Shown here one piece after another: positions 34,611 through 44,038 of a DNA stretch of 64,000 nucleotides. The stretch spans positions 2,170,001-2,234,000 of the forward strand of contig CM038999.1 of the NCBI GenBank assembly GCA_017499595.2, in the 5' to 3' direction. Origin of the DNA: Psilocybe cubensis. Lineage: Eukaryota. The stretch's first letter is position 1. The number at the start of each line of letters is the position of its first letter. The translations under genes and the position numbers were made by a program. A model generated the notes under the pieces. That model saw nothing but the letters and a program-made list of their open reading frames with translations. It searched no databases and had not been told where the DNA came from.

Positions 34611-37142
34611 GTGCTTCTTAAGCGCAAAAGCGATGCATTCAGTGCGTTTCAAACGTACAAAGCATGGGCTGAGAACAAATTAGGCTTTAAGATCAAAGCG
34701 CTGCAGGATGACAAAGCTGGTGAATACATGTCAAATGCTTTCATCAAATTCACTGACCAGTGTGGCATTGAGCGTCGTCATACAACGCGAAATCGCCCAC
34801 AACAAAACGGAGTTGCAGAGCGTGCAAATCGCACCATGGCAGAACATGTTACTTCCATGCTCAATGAGGCTCGTGTTCCACCTTTGTTTTGGGGTCGCTG
34901 TGTTGCAGCATACATGCATGTATGGAATCGTGTTCCTACAGCTCCTCTACCGGACAAGACTCTGTATGAAAGCTGGAACAAGCGCAAACCTGATGTTAGT
35001 CATTTGAGGGTTTGGGGTTGTCTTGCATATGTTTATGTTCAGGGAGATAAGCGCAAATCGTTGCAGCCTCATATGGAGAAGTGTATCTTTGTTGGGTATC
35101 ATACTGGGTACAAGGGCTGGAAGTTTTACAACCCACTCACCAAAAGGTTCATTATCTCTGAGAGAGCTGATTTCGACGAAAGGTGCTTCCCTGGGGTGTC
35201 CACTGGCCCTATGCCAAAGTTTGACCTTCTTCCCACTTCTTCTGCAAGTGCACCACCTCCCAATTCAGGGGGGGAATCTAATGGCTTCAATTTTGATGAT
35301 AATGAGGATGACTCTACTCCAAGTCCTGTCATTGAGCCAGAAGTGCCTATTGCGCCTCCTGAACAGCCAGCTGAACCGCCACAGCCTGAGGCCGTTCCTG
35401 CACCTCTTCCTAAGCCTGCACGCCGCCAGCGTGCTCCAGTTGATCCTGCAACGTTGAGACGCACTACTCGCGTTCCTAAGCAGCCTGGTGAATGGTGGAA
35501 GGTCTCACATGATCCTGAACCACCTGAAGCCAATGATCCTAGATTTGAAGAGGTGGAGTTTGCTGGGCTTGTTTCAAGCGCAGATCCGCGCACATTTAAA
35601 CAGGCAATGAAAGCGCCTGATGCGCACATGTGGGAAGAGGCTGCTAACACAGAATTCAATCTGTTGCAGCACAATCAAACTTGGGAGCAAGTTGAGCTCC
35701 CTCCGGGTCAAAAGGCAATTGGCTGTGGTTGGGTCTTTAAAATCAAGCAAAATGCACATGGCAGTATAGAGTGCTACAAGGCTCGTATTGTTGCCAAGGG
35801 CTACAGTCAGCGCCCTGGCATTGATTACCATGAGGTCTTTGCTCCTACTTTCCGCCCTGCTACTTTCCGCTTGATTGTGGCTCTGGCCGCCATTGGAGAC
35901 TTGAAGTTGCACTCTGTTGATATTACAGCTGCTTTCACTAAAGGTGACCTAGACGAGGAGATTTACATGTTACAACCTGAAGGATTTCACCAAGGTGGCC
36001 CTAACATAGTTTTGAAGCTTAAAAAGTCGCTCTATGGTCTTAAGCAGTCTGCACGTCAATGGAACCTCAAGTTGCATGAGGCATTGTCAGATATGGGGTT
36101 CAAGCGTATAGAATCAGATCGCTCTGTCTACATCTATTCAGATGGAGATGTGAAGATTATTGTTCCCATTTACATTGATGACATCACCTTTGCCTCCAAA
36201 TCGGACGCCGCCATAGACAGAGCTGTTAAGCAGCTGGCTGCGCGTTTTGAACTCCGTGATCTGGGTCCTACACAGTATTTACTTGGTGTTGCCATTGAGC
36301 GAGATATGGCTGCTAAAACCATTTCCTTGCATCAGCGTCAGTATATCCTTGATATGCTTGATACATATGGCATGACTGATTCTAATCCGGTCAAAACACC
36401 TTTGGCTGTGGGCACTGTTCTGTCCAAGGCAGATGGACCTCAGAATGGAGATGAGGTGGAATTTATGCGAAATGTTCCCTATCTCAATGCAGTTGGCTCC
36501 TTGCAGTATCTAGCCACCATGACCCGTCCTGACATTGCTTTTACTGTGTCCTATCTGGCACGCTTCAACTCCAATCCTGGGCCTAAGCATTGGGCTGCGG
36601 TTAAACATTTATTCCGCTACCTCAGAGGCACTCTGGATTACAAGTTGACTTATTCTGGCGCTGTGGGCCATGATAACTTTGTTACCTACACTGATGCTGC
36701 ACATGGTGATTGTGTAGATACTGGACGCTCTACGAGTGGTTATTTGACCGTTCTAGCTGGAGGTGCTATTGGCTGGGCAAGCAAACTCCAAACTGTTGTA
36801 ACTCTGTCTACTACTGAGGCAGAGTACATTGCTGCGGTGGAGGCAGCCAAGGAAATTGTGTGGATGCGCAATATCCTTGAGGAGTTTGGCTACACAGTCA
36901 CTGAGCCCTCTGTGCTGCATATGGACAACCAGTCATCTATCAGTGTTTCCAAGAATCCAGAGCACCATGGACGGATGAAGCACCTTGATTTGCGCTATTA
37001 TTGGCTTAGGGATGCTGTTGGTGTTGGAAAGATTTCTCCTTCTTATATTCCTACTGATCAGCAAGCTGCTGATATTCTTACCAAACCCCTCTCACCTCCT
37101 AAAGTGGACTTTTGTAGAGATAAAATGGGTCTCAAACTTTAA
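34611..37142 (+). CDS. Copia N-truncated integrase-RT-RNase H (unit 1); the frame is open from 34527 and the ORF-track start is not an ATG
   Basis: GPISPPTPEGYRYWITFIDD, LQDDKAGEY, QQNGVAERANR, YIDD and RNase H motifs. Confidence 0.85.
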   Translation: MLLKRKSDAFSAFQTYKAWAENKLGFKIKALQDDKAGEYMSNAFIKFTDQCGIERRHTTRNRPQQNGVAERANRTMAEHVTSMLNEARVPPLFWGRCVAAYMHVWNRVPTAPLPDKTLYESWNKRKPDVSHLRVWGCLAYVYVQGDKRKSLQPHMEKCIFVGYHTGYKGWKFYNPLTKRFIISERADFDERCFPGVSTGPMPKFDLLPTSSASAPPPNSGGESNGFNFDDNEDDSTPSPVIEPEVPIAPPEQPAEPPQPEAVPAPLPKPARRQRAPVDPATLRRTTRVPKQPGEWWKVSHDPEPPEANDPRFEEVEFAGLVSSADPRTFKQAMKAPDAHMWEEAANTEFNLLQHNQTWEQVELPPGQKAIGCGWVFKIKQNAHGSIECYKARIVAKGYSQRPGIDYHEVFAPTFRPATFRLIVALAAIGDLKLHSVDITAAFTKGDLDEEIYMLQPEGFHQGGPNIVLKLKKSLYGLKQSARQWNLKLHEALSDMGFKRIESDRSVYIYSDGDVKIIVPIYIDDITFASKSDAAIDRAVKQLAARFELRDLGPTQYLLGVAIERDMAAKTISLHQRQYILDMLDTYGMTDSNPVKTPLAVGTVLSKADGPQNGDEVEFMRNVPYLNAVGSLQYLATMTRPDIAFTVSYLARFNSNPGPKHWAAVKHLFRYLRGTLDYKLTYSGAVGHDNFVTYTDAAHGDCVDTGRSTSGYLTVLAGGAIGWASKLQTVVTLSTTEAEYIAAVEAAKEIVWMRNILEEFGYTVTEPSVLHMDNQSSISVSKNPEHHGRMKHLDLRYYWLRDAVGVGKISPSYIPTDQQAADILTKPLSPPKVDFCRDKMGLKL

Positions 37143-37205
37143 TCTTTCTTTCTCTGTTTTGCTTTATTTTTCTTTGTTCTGGAGACTTGTCAGAACAGGG
37201 GGGAG

Positions 37206-37644
37206 TGTTAAAACTGCTCTCTATGTCTCCCTCACTTTGCTATCTTATCAGATTAGATTACTTTCTTCTTATCTTCATTTGCTCTCCAGACCATTCTAGA
37301 CACATGATATTTATCAGTCCATAGACTGGTCTGGACCGGACCAGAGTAGACCTAGGTAGACCAGAGTACTTGAGTCTACACAGTATATAGTCACTCTAGT
37401 TTACATCCTGAAGTCCCCAGTTACTCACTTCGGACTTCAGGTTAGTTTGTTAGCACTTTGCTCAATTCACTCAGTTACTCACTTCGGACTTCAGACGCTT
37501 CGTGCTCGCTTATCCCTGCGCCCTACGTTCTATAACTAGGTCGCCGAGTAGCTCACACTGCCCCGAGCTCGCCTGCTTCAACACTACGTTCTATAACTAG
37601 GTCGCCAAGTAGCTCACACTGTCTTGAGCTCGCCTGCTTCAACA
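37206..37644 (+). mobile_element. Copia LTR (array)
   Basis: Copy of 32492-32930, with PPT and PBS. Confidence 0.95.
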
Positions 37645-38047
37645 GGTTATGGGCCCCGCGCTCTAAGCGCTCCAATTCCGTGTTTTGCGAACCAAGTTGC
37701 TTTCTGCATAGTTTTCACAAAACGGTCATTTTAGTCTTTTTTGCTTTTTATCCTCTACCAGGCCCGGCCATACATTGCCGCTGCTAGTAGGGTTGAACGA
37801 GCACGCCTTACGCGACTTGTTAACCTCGGTTGAGCGGGCCCCCGTCGCCTAATCCCCGAGTTATTTCTAGTTAAAAGTAACCCTTTTAAATTAGGCTAGT
37901 TTAACTTCGTCTTTTCCACTTGCGTTCGCATCGCACCCCGAGCTCCGGGTAACGCCTAGTTCGTTTCCACACATCATTACACATTCCCACACATTACTAC
38001 CAACACTCGTATCCATCCGCTTACGCGTTCCTTCGCAATTCGCAATA

Positions 38048-39289
38048 ATGATTTCTGATCCCCAAATCACTCCATTGAACTCAACCAACTACAACACCTG
38101 GGCAGGCCAGATGACCGCCTATCTCCAGTCTAAAGGGATATGGCGCATTGTCAGCGGTGCTAGAGCACAGCCAACGCTCTCAGACAAGCCTACTGCTCAG
38201 GAGGAAGCTTTGCTTGAAACCTACTTTGAGCAGAGAGACAAAGCATGTGGTTTGATCTATCTCAGTTTGGAGAATGATCAGATGGTTCATGTGGAAGCCA
38301 TCAAGGATGATTCTATCAAGATGTGGGATGCCCTCGCCGCTGTACATCAGCAAAAGCGCCCTGGCAACCGCTTTAATGCATATGATGATCTGTTCTCAAT
38401 CCGAAAGGAGGAAGGTGAAAACCTTCAAACCCTGATCAATAGGGTTGAGCAAGCCATGTTGCTAATTCAGCAGCTTCGCCCTAAGGGGTTTGATCTGGCT
38501 AAGCTTGATAAAGAGCTTGCTTCGCTTGCTTTGGTCAGGGCACTCCCAGAAGAGTACAGTTCATTTGCATCCTCACTTCTCCTTTTGGACAAGTTGGACA
38601 AGGCTACAATTCATCAAGCCTTTGTCACAGAGGACATACAGCGACGTCGCCGCGCTTCGGAGTTGCCTGCACTTGCCACCGCGTTCCAGACCGCTCCAGC
38701 CCCTTCTGCATCCAAGCCCAAGTGCGCATTTTGTGATATGACCAATCATGCAATGGACAAGTGTCACAAGTTCATTGCTGCGCAAAAGGATGCGAAGGAG
38801 CGTGTCAAAGCGGCTCGCAAAGGCAATAGAGCGCACAAGGCCTCAGAGGCATTTAGTGAGGAAAAAGAGTCCAAGGACATGGAATTTGCTGGAAATGCAA
38901 GTGCTCTTAATACCGATGTTCCCTCCGATGTTCCCTCTTCCATTTCACCCCAAACTAATGACGATTGGATTGCAGACACAGGGGCGACTTCTCATATGAC
39001 GCCCCATCGCAATTGGGTTAGAAATTACACCCCCCTTCGCATTCCAATCCGATTAGCAGATGAACGAGTTATTTATTCTGCAGGGGTGGGCACTGTGTTC
39101 TTTGAACCAGTTGTAAATGGAATAAAGTCAAGAGGCGTCGAGTTAACTAGAGTTTTACATGTACCAGATCTCCGAAACAATCTACTGTCTGTTCTATACC
39201 TCACAAAGCACAAAGGCTTCAAAATCACCATTGATGCTAATCTGGTCCTATCTCGCCCCCTACTCCTGAAGGCTATCGCTACTGGATAA
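38048..39289 (+). CDS. Copia Gag-protease (unit 2)
   Basis: 413 aa; CCHC knuckle; ADTGATSHM. Confidence 0.88.
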   Translation: MISDPQITPLNSTNYNTWAGQMTAYLQSKGIWRIVSGARAQPTLSDKPTAQEEALLETYFEQRDKACGLIYLSLENDQMVHVEAIKDDSIKMWDALAAVHQQKRPGNRFNAYDDLFSIRKEEGENLQTLINRVEQAMLLIQQLRPKGFDLAKLDKELASLALVRALPEEYSSFASSLLLLDKLDKATIHQAFVTEDIQRRRRASELPALATAFQTAPAPSASKPKCAFCDMTNHAMDKCHKFIAAQKDAKERVKAARKGNRAHKASEAFSEEKESKDMEFAGNASALNTDVPSDVPSSISPQTNDDWIADTGATSHMTPHRNWVRNYTPLRIPIRLADERVIYSAGVGTVFFEPVVNGIKSRGVELTRVLHVPDLRNNLLSVLYLTKHKGFKITIDANLVLSRPLLLKAIATG

Positions 39290-39324
39290 CCTTTATTGAT
39301 GACCATACAAAGAGTAGAGCTGCT

Positions 39325-41856
39325 GTGCTTCTTAAGCGCAAAAGCGATGCATTCAGTGCGTTTCAAACGTACAAAGCATGGGCTGAGAACAAATTAGGCT
39401 TTAAGATCAAAGCGCTGCAGGATGACAAAGCTGGTGAATACATGTCAAATGCTTTCATCAAATTCACTGACCAGTGTGGCATTGAGCGTCGTCATACAAC
39501 GCGAAATCGCCCACAACAAAACGGAGTTGCAGAGCGTGCAAATCGCACCATGGCAGAACATGTTACTTCCATGCTCAATGAGGCTCGTGTTCCACCTTTG
39601 TTTTGGGGTCGCTGTGTTGCAGCATACATGCATGTATGGAATCGTGTTCCTACAGCTCCTCTACCGGACAAGACTCTGTATGAAAGCTGGAACAAGCGCA
39701 AACCTGATGTTAGTCATTTGAGGGTTTGGGGTTGTCTTGCATATGTTTATGTTCAGGGAGATAAGCGCAAATCGTTGCAGCCTCATATGGAGAAGTGTAT
39801 CTTTGTTGGGTATCATACTGGGTACAAGGGCTGGAAGTTTTACAACCCACTCACCAAAAGGTTCATTATCTCTGAGAGAGCTGATTTCGACGAAAGGTGC
39901 TTCCCTGGGGTGTCCACTGGCCCTATGCCAAAGTTTGACCTTCTTCCCACTTCTTCTGCAAGTGCACCACCTCCCAATTCAGGGGGGGAATCTAATGGCT
40001 TCAATTTTGATGATAATGAGGATGACTCTACTCCAAGTCCTGTCATTGAGCCAGAAGTGCCTATTGCGCCTCCTGAACAGCCAGCTGAACCGCCACAGCC
40101 TGAGGCCGTTCCTGCACCTCTTCCTAAGCCTGCACGCCGCCAGCGTGCTCCAGTTGATCCTGCAACGTTGAGACGCACTACTCGCGTTCCTAAGCAGCCT
40201 GGTGAATGGTGGAAGGTCTCACATGATCCTGAACCACCTGAAGCCAATGATCCTAGATTTGAAGAGGTGGAGTTTGCTGGGCTTGTTTCAAGCGCAGATC
40301 CGCGCACATTTAAACAGGCAATGAAAGCGCCTGATGCGCACATGTGGGAAGAGGCTGCTAACACAGAATTCAATCTGTTGCAGCACAATCAAACTTGGGA
40401 GCAAGTTGAGCTCCCTCCGGGTCAAAAGGCAATTGGCTGTGGTTGGGTCTTTAAAATCAAGCAAAATGCACATGGCAGTATAGAGTGCTACAAGGCTCGT
40501 ATTGTTGCCAAGGGCTACAGTCAGCGCCCTGGCATTGATTACCATGAGGTCTTTGCTCCTACTTTCCGCCCTGCTACTTTCCGCTTGATTGTGGCTCTGG
40601 CCGCCATTGGAGACTTGAAGTTGCACTCTGTTGATATTACAGCTGCTTTCACTAAAGGTGACCTAGACGAGGAGATTTACATGTTACAACCTGAAGGATT
40701 TCACCAAGGTGGCCCTAACATAGTTTTGAAGCTTAAAAAGTCGCTCTATGGTCTTAAGCAGTCTGCACGTCAATGGAACCTCAAGTTGCATGAGGCATTG
40801 TCAGATATGGGGTTCAAGCGTATAGAATCAGATCGCTCTGTCTACATCTATTCAGATGGAGATGTGAAGATTATTGTTCCCATTTACATTGATGACATCA
40901 CCTTTGCCTCCAAATCGGACGCCGCCATAGACAGAGCTGTTAAGCAGCTGGCTGCGCGTTTTGAACTCCGTGATCTGGGTCCTACACAGTATTTACTTGG
41001 TGTTGCCATTGAGCGAGATATGGCTGCTAAAACCATTTCCTTGCATCAGCGTCAGTATATCCTTGATATGCTTGATACATATGGCATGACTGATTCTAAT
41101 CCGGTCAAAACACCTTTGGCTGTGGGCACTGTTCTGTCCAAGGCAGATGGACCTCAGAATGGAGATGAGGTGGAATTTATGCGAAATGTTCCCTATCTCA
41201 ATGCAGTTGGCTCCTTGCAGTATCTAGCCACCATGACCCGTCCTGACATTGCTTTTACTGTGTCCTATCTGGCACGCTTCAACTCCAATCCTGGGCCTAA
41301 GCATTGGGCTGCGGTTAAACATTTATTCCGCTACCTCAGAGGCACTCTGGATTACAAGTTGACTTATTCTGGCGCTGTGGGCCATGATAACTTTGTTACC
41401 TACACTGATGCTGCACATGGTGATTGTGTAGATACTGGACGCTCTACGAGTGGTTATTTGACCGTTCTAGCTGGAGGTGCTATTGGCTGGGCAAGCAAAC
41501 TCCAAACTGTTGTAACTCTGTCTACTACTGAGGCAGAGTACATTGCTGCGGTGGAGGCAGCCAAGGAAATTGTGTGGATGCGCAATATCCTTGAGGAGTT
41601 TGGCTACACAGTCACTGAGCCCTCTGTGCTGCATATGGACAACCAGTCATCTATCAGTGTTTCCAAGAATCCAGAGCACCATGGACGGATGAAGCACCTT
41701 GATTTGCGCTATTATTGGCTTAGGGATGCTGTTGGTGTTGGAAAGATTTCTCCTTCTTATATTCCTACTGATCAGCAAGCTGCTGATATTCTTACCAAAC
41801 CCCTCTCACCTCCTAAAGTGGACTTTTGTAGAGATAAAATGGGTCTCAAACTTTAA
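39325..41856 (+). CDS. Copia truncated INT-RT-RNase H (unit 2)
   Basis: Same 843-aa frame as unit 1. Confidence 0.85.
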   Translation: MLLKRKSDAFSAFQTYKAWAENKLGFKIKALQDDKAGEYMSNAFIKFTDQCGIERRHTTRNRPQQNGVAERANRTMAEHVTSMLNEARVPPLFWGRCVAAYMHVWNRVPTAPLPDKTLYESWNKRKPDVSHLRVWGCLAYVYVQGDKRKSLQPHMEKCIFVGYHTGYKGWKFYNPLTKRFIISERADFDERCFPGVSTGPMPKFDLLPTSSASAPPPNSGGESNGFNFDDNEDDSTPSPVIEPEVPIAPPEQPAEPPQPEAVPAPLPKPARRQRAPVDPATLRRTTRVPKQPGEWWKVSHDPEPPEANDPRFEEVEFAGLVSSADPRTFKQAMKAPDAHMWEEAANTEFNLLQHNQTWEQVELPPGQKAIGCGWVFKIKQNAHGSIECYKARIVAKGYSQRPGIDYHEVFAPTFRPATFRLIVALAAIGDLKLHSVDITAAFTKGDLDEEIYMLQPEGFHQGGPNIVLKLKKSLYGLKQSARQWNLKLHEALSDMGFKRIESDRSVYIYSDGDVKIIVPIYIDDITFASKSDAAIDRAVKQLAARFELRDLGPTQYLLGVAIERDMAAKTISLHQRQYILDMLDTYGMTDSNPVKTPLAVGTVLSKADGPQNGDEVEFMRNVPYLNAVGSLQYLATMTRPDIAFTVSYLARFNSNPGPKHWAAVKHLFRYLRGTLDYKLTYSGAVGHDNFVTYTDAAHGDCVDTGRSTSGYLTVLAGGAIGWASKLQTVVTLSTTEAEYIAAVEAAKEIVWMRNILEEFGYTVTEPSVLHMDNQSSISVSKNPEHHGRMKHLDLRYYWLRDAVGVGKISPSYIPTDQQAADILTKPLSPPKVDFCRDKMGLKL

Positions 41857-41919
41857 TCTTTCTTTCTCTGTTTTGCTTTATTTTTCTTTGTTCTGGAGAC
41901 TTGTCAGAACAGGGGGGAG

Positions 41920-42358
41920 TGTTAAAACTGCTCTCTATGTCTCCCTCACTTTGCTATCTTATCAGATTAGATTACTTTCTTCTTATCTTCATTTGCTCTC
42001 CAGACCATTCTAGACACATGATATTTATCAGTCCATAGACTGGTCTGGACCGGACCAGAGTAGACCTAGGTAGACCAGAGTACTTGAGTCTACACAGTAT
42101 ATAGTCACTCTAGTTTACATCCTGAAGTCCCCAGTTACTCACTTCGGACTTCAGGTTAGTTTGTTAGCACTTTGCTCAATTCACTCAGTTACTCACTTCG
42201 GACTTCAGACGCTTCGTGCTCGCTTATCCCTGCGCCCTACGTTCTATAACTAGGTCGCCGAGTAGCTCACACTGCCCCGAGCTCGCCTGCTTCAACACTA
42301 CGTTCTATAACTAGGTCGCCAAGTAGCTCACACTGTCTTGAGCTCGCCTGCTTCAACA
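41920..42358 (+). mobile_element. Copia LTR (array)
   Basis: Copy of 32492-32930. Confidence 0.95.
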
Positions 42359-42761
42359 GGTTATGGGCCCCGCGCTCTAAGCGCTCCAATTCCGTGTTTT
42401 GCGAACCAAGTTGCTTTCTGCATAGTTTTCACAAAACGGTCATTTTAGTCTTTTTTGCTTTTTATCCTCTACCAGGCCCGGCCATACATTGCCGCTGCTA
42501 GTAGGGTTGAACGAGCACGCCTTACGCGACTTGTTAACCTCGGTTGAGCGGGCCCCCGTCGCCTAATCCCCGAGTTATTTCTAGTTAAAAGTAACCCTTT
42601 TAAATTAGGCTAGTTTAACTTCGTCTTTTCCACTTGCGTTCGCATCGCACCCCGAGCTCCGGGTAACGCCTAGTTCGTTTCCACACATCATTACACATTC
42701 CCACACATTACTACCAACACTCGTATCCATCCGCTTACGCGTTCCTTCGCAATTCGCAATA

Positions 42762-44003
42762 ATGATTTCTGATCCCCAAATCACTCCATTGAACTCAACC
42801 AACTACAACACCTGGGCAGGCCAGATGACCGCCTATCTCCAGTCTAAAGGGATATGGCGCATTGTCAGCGGTGCTAGAGCACAGCCAACGCTCTCAGACA
42901 AGCCTACTGCTCAGGAGGAAGCTTTGCTTGAAACCTACTTTGAGCAGAGAGACAAAGCATGTGGTTTGATCTATCTCAGTTTGGAGAATGATCAGATGGT
43001 TCATGTGGAAGCCATCAAGGATGATTCTATCAAGATGTGGGATGCCCTCGCCGCTGTACATCAGCAAAAGCGCCCTGGCAACCGCTTTAATGCATATGAT
43101 GATCTGTTCTCAATCCGAAAGGAGGAAGGTGAAAACCTTCAAACCCTGATCAATAGGGTTGAGCAAGCCATGTTGCTAATTCAGCAGCTTCGCCCTAAGG
43201 GGTTTGATCTGGCTAAGCTTGATAAAGAGCTTGCTTCGCTTGCTTTGGTCAGGGCACTCCCAGAAGAGTACAGTTCATTTGCATCCTCACTTCTCCTTTT
43301 GGACAAGTTGGACAAGGCTACAATTCATCAAGCCTTTGTCACAGAGGACATACAGCGACGTCGCCGCGCTTCGGAGTTGCCTGCACTTGCCACCGCGTTC
43401 CAGACCGCTCCAGCCCCTTCTGCATCCAAGCCCAAGTGCGCATTTTGTGATATGACCAATCATGCAATGGACAAGTGTCACAAGTTCATTGCTGCGCAAA
43501 AGGATGCGAAGGAGCGTGTCAAAGCGGCTCGCAAAGGCAATAGAGCGCACAAGGCCTCAGAGGCATTTAGTGAGGAAAAAGAGTCCAAGGACATGGAATT
43601 TGCTGGAAATGCAAGTGCTCTTAATACCGATGTTCCCTCCGATGTTCCCTCTTCCATTTCACCCCAAACTAATGACGATTGGATTGCAGACACAGGGGCG
43701 ACTTCTCATATGACGCCCCATCGCAATTGGGTTAGAAATTACACCCCCCTTCGCATTCCAATCCGATTAGCAGATGAACGAGTTATTTATTCTGCAGGGG
43801 TGGGCACTGTGTTCTTTGAACCAGTTGTAAATGGAATAAAGTCAAGAGGCGTCGAGTTAACTAGAGTTTTACATGTACCAGATCTCCGAAACAATCTACT
43901 GTCTGTTCTATACCTCACAAAGCACAAAGGCTTCAAAATCACCATTGATGCTAATCTGGTCCTATCTCGCCCCCTACTCCTGAAGGCTATCGCTACTGGA
44001 TAA
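42762..44003 (+). CDS. Copia Gag-protease (unit 3)
   Basis: Same 413-aa frame. Confidence 0.88.
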   Translation: MISDPQITPLNSTNYNTWAGQMTAYLQSKGIWRIVSGARAQPTLSDKPTAQEEALLETYFEQRDKACGLIYLSLENDQMVHVEAIKDDSIKMWDALAAVHQQKRPGNRFNAYDDLFSIRKEEGENLQTLINRVEQAMLLIQQLRPKGFDLAKLDKELASLALVRALPEEYSSFASSLLLLDKLDKATIHQAFVTEDIQRRRRASELPALATAFQTAPAPSASKPKCAFCDMTNHAMDKCHKFIAAQKDAKERVKAARKGNRAHKASEAFSEEKESKDMEFAGNASALNTDVPSDVPSSISPQTNDDWIADTGATSHMTPHRNWVRNYTPLRIPIRLADERVIYSAGVGTVFFEPVVNGIKSRGVELTRVLHVPDLRNNLLSVLYLTKHKGFKITIDANLVLSRPLLLKAIATG

Positions 44004-44038
44004 CCTTTATTGATGACCATACAAAGAGTAGAGCTGCT

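Noticed and set aside
34560-34615. Programmed gag-pol frameshift or readthrough as the normal reason for two ORFs
   Set aside because: The break coincides with loss of the pre-integrase, HHCC and first-Asp region and lies after the protease, so it is a deletion-induced frameshift. No slippery heptamer was recognised.
35126-35674. Repeated antisense and overlapping ORFs in the array (182 aa, 144 aa and others)
   Set aside because: Shadows of the Copia frames; they recur only because the units are identical.
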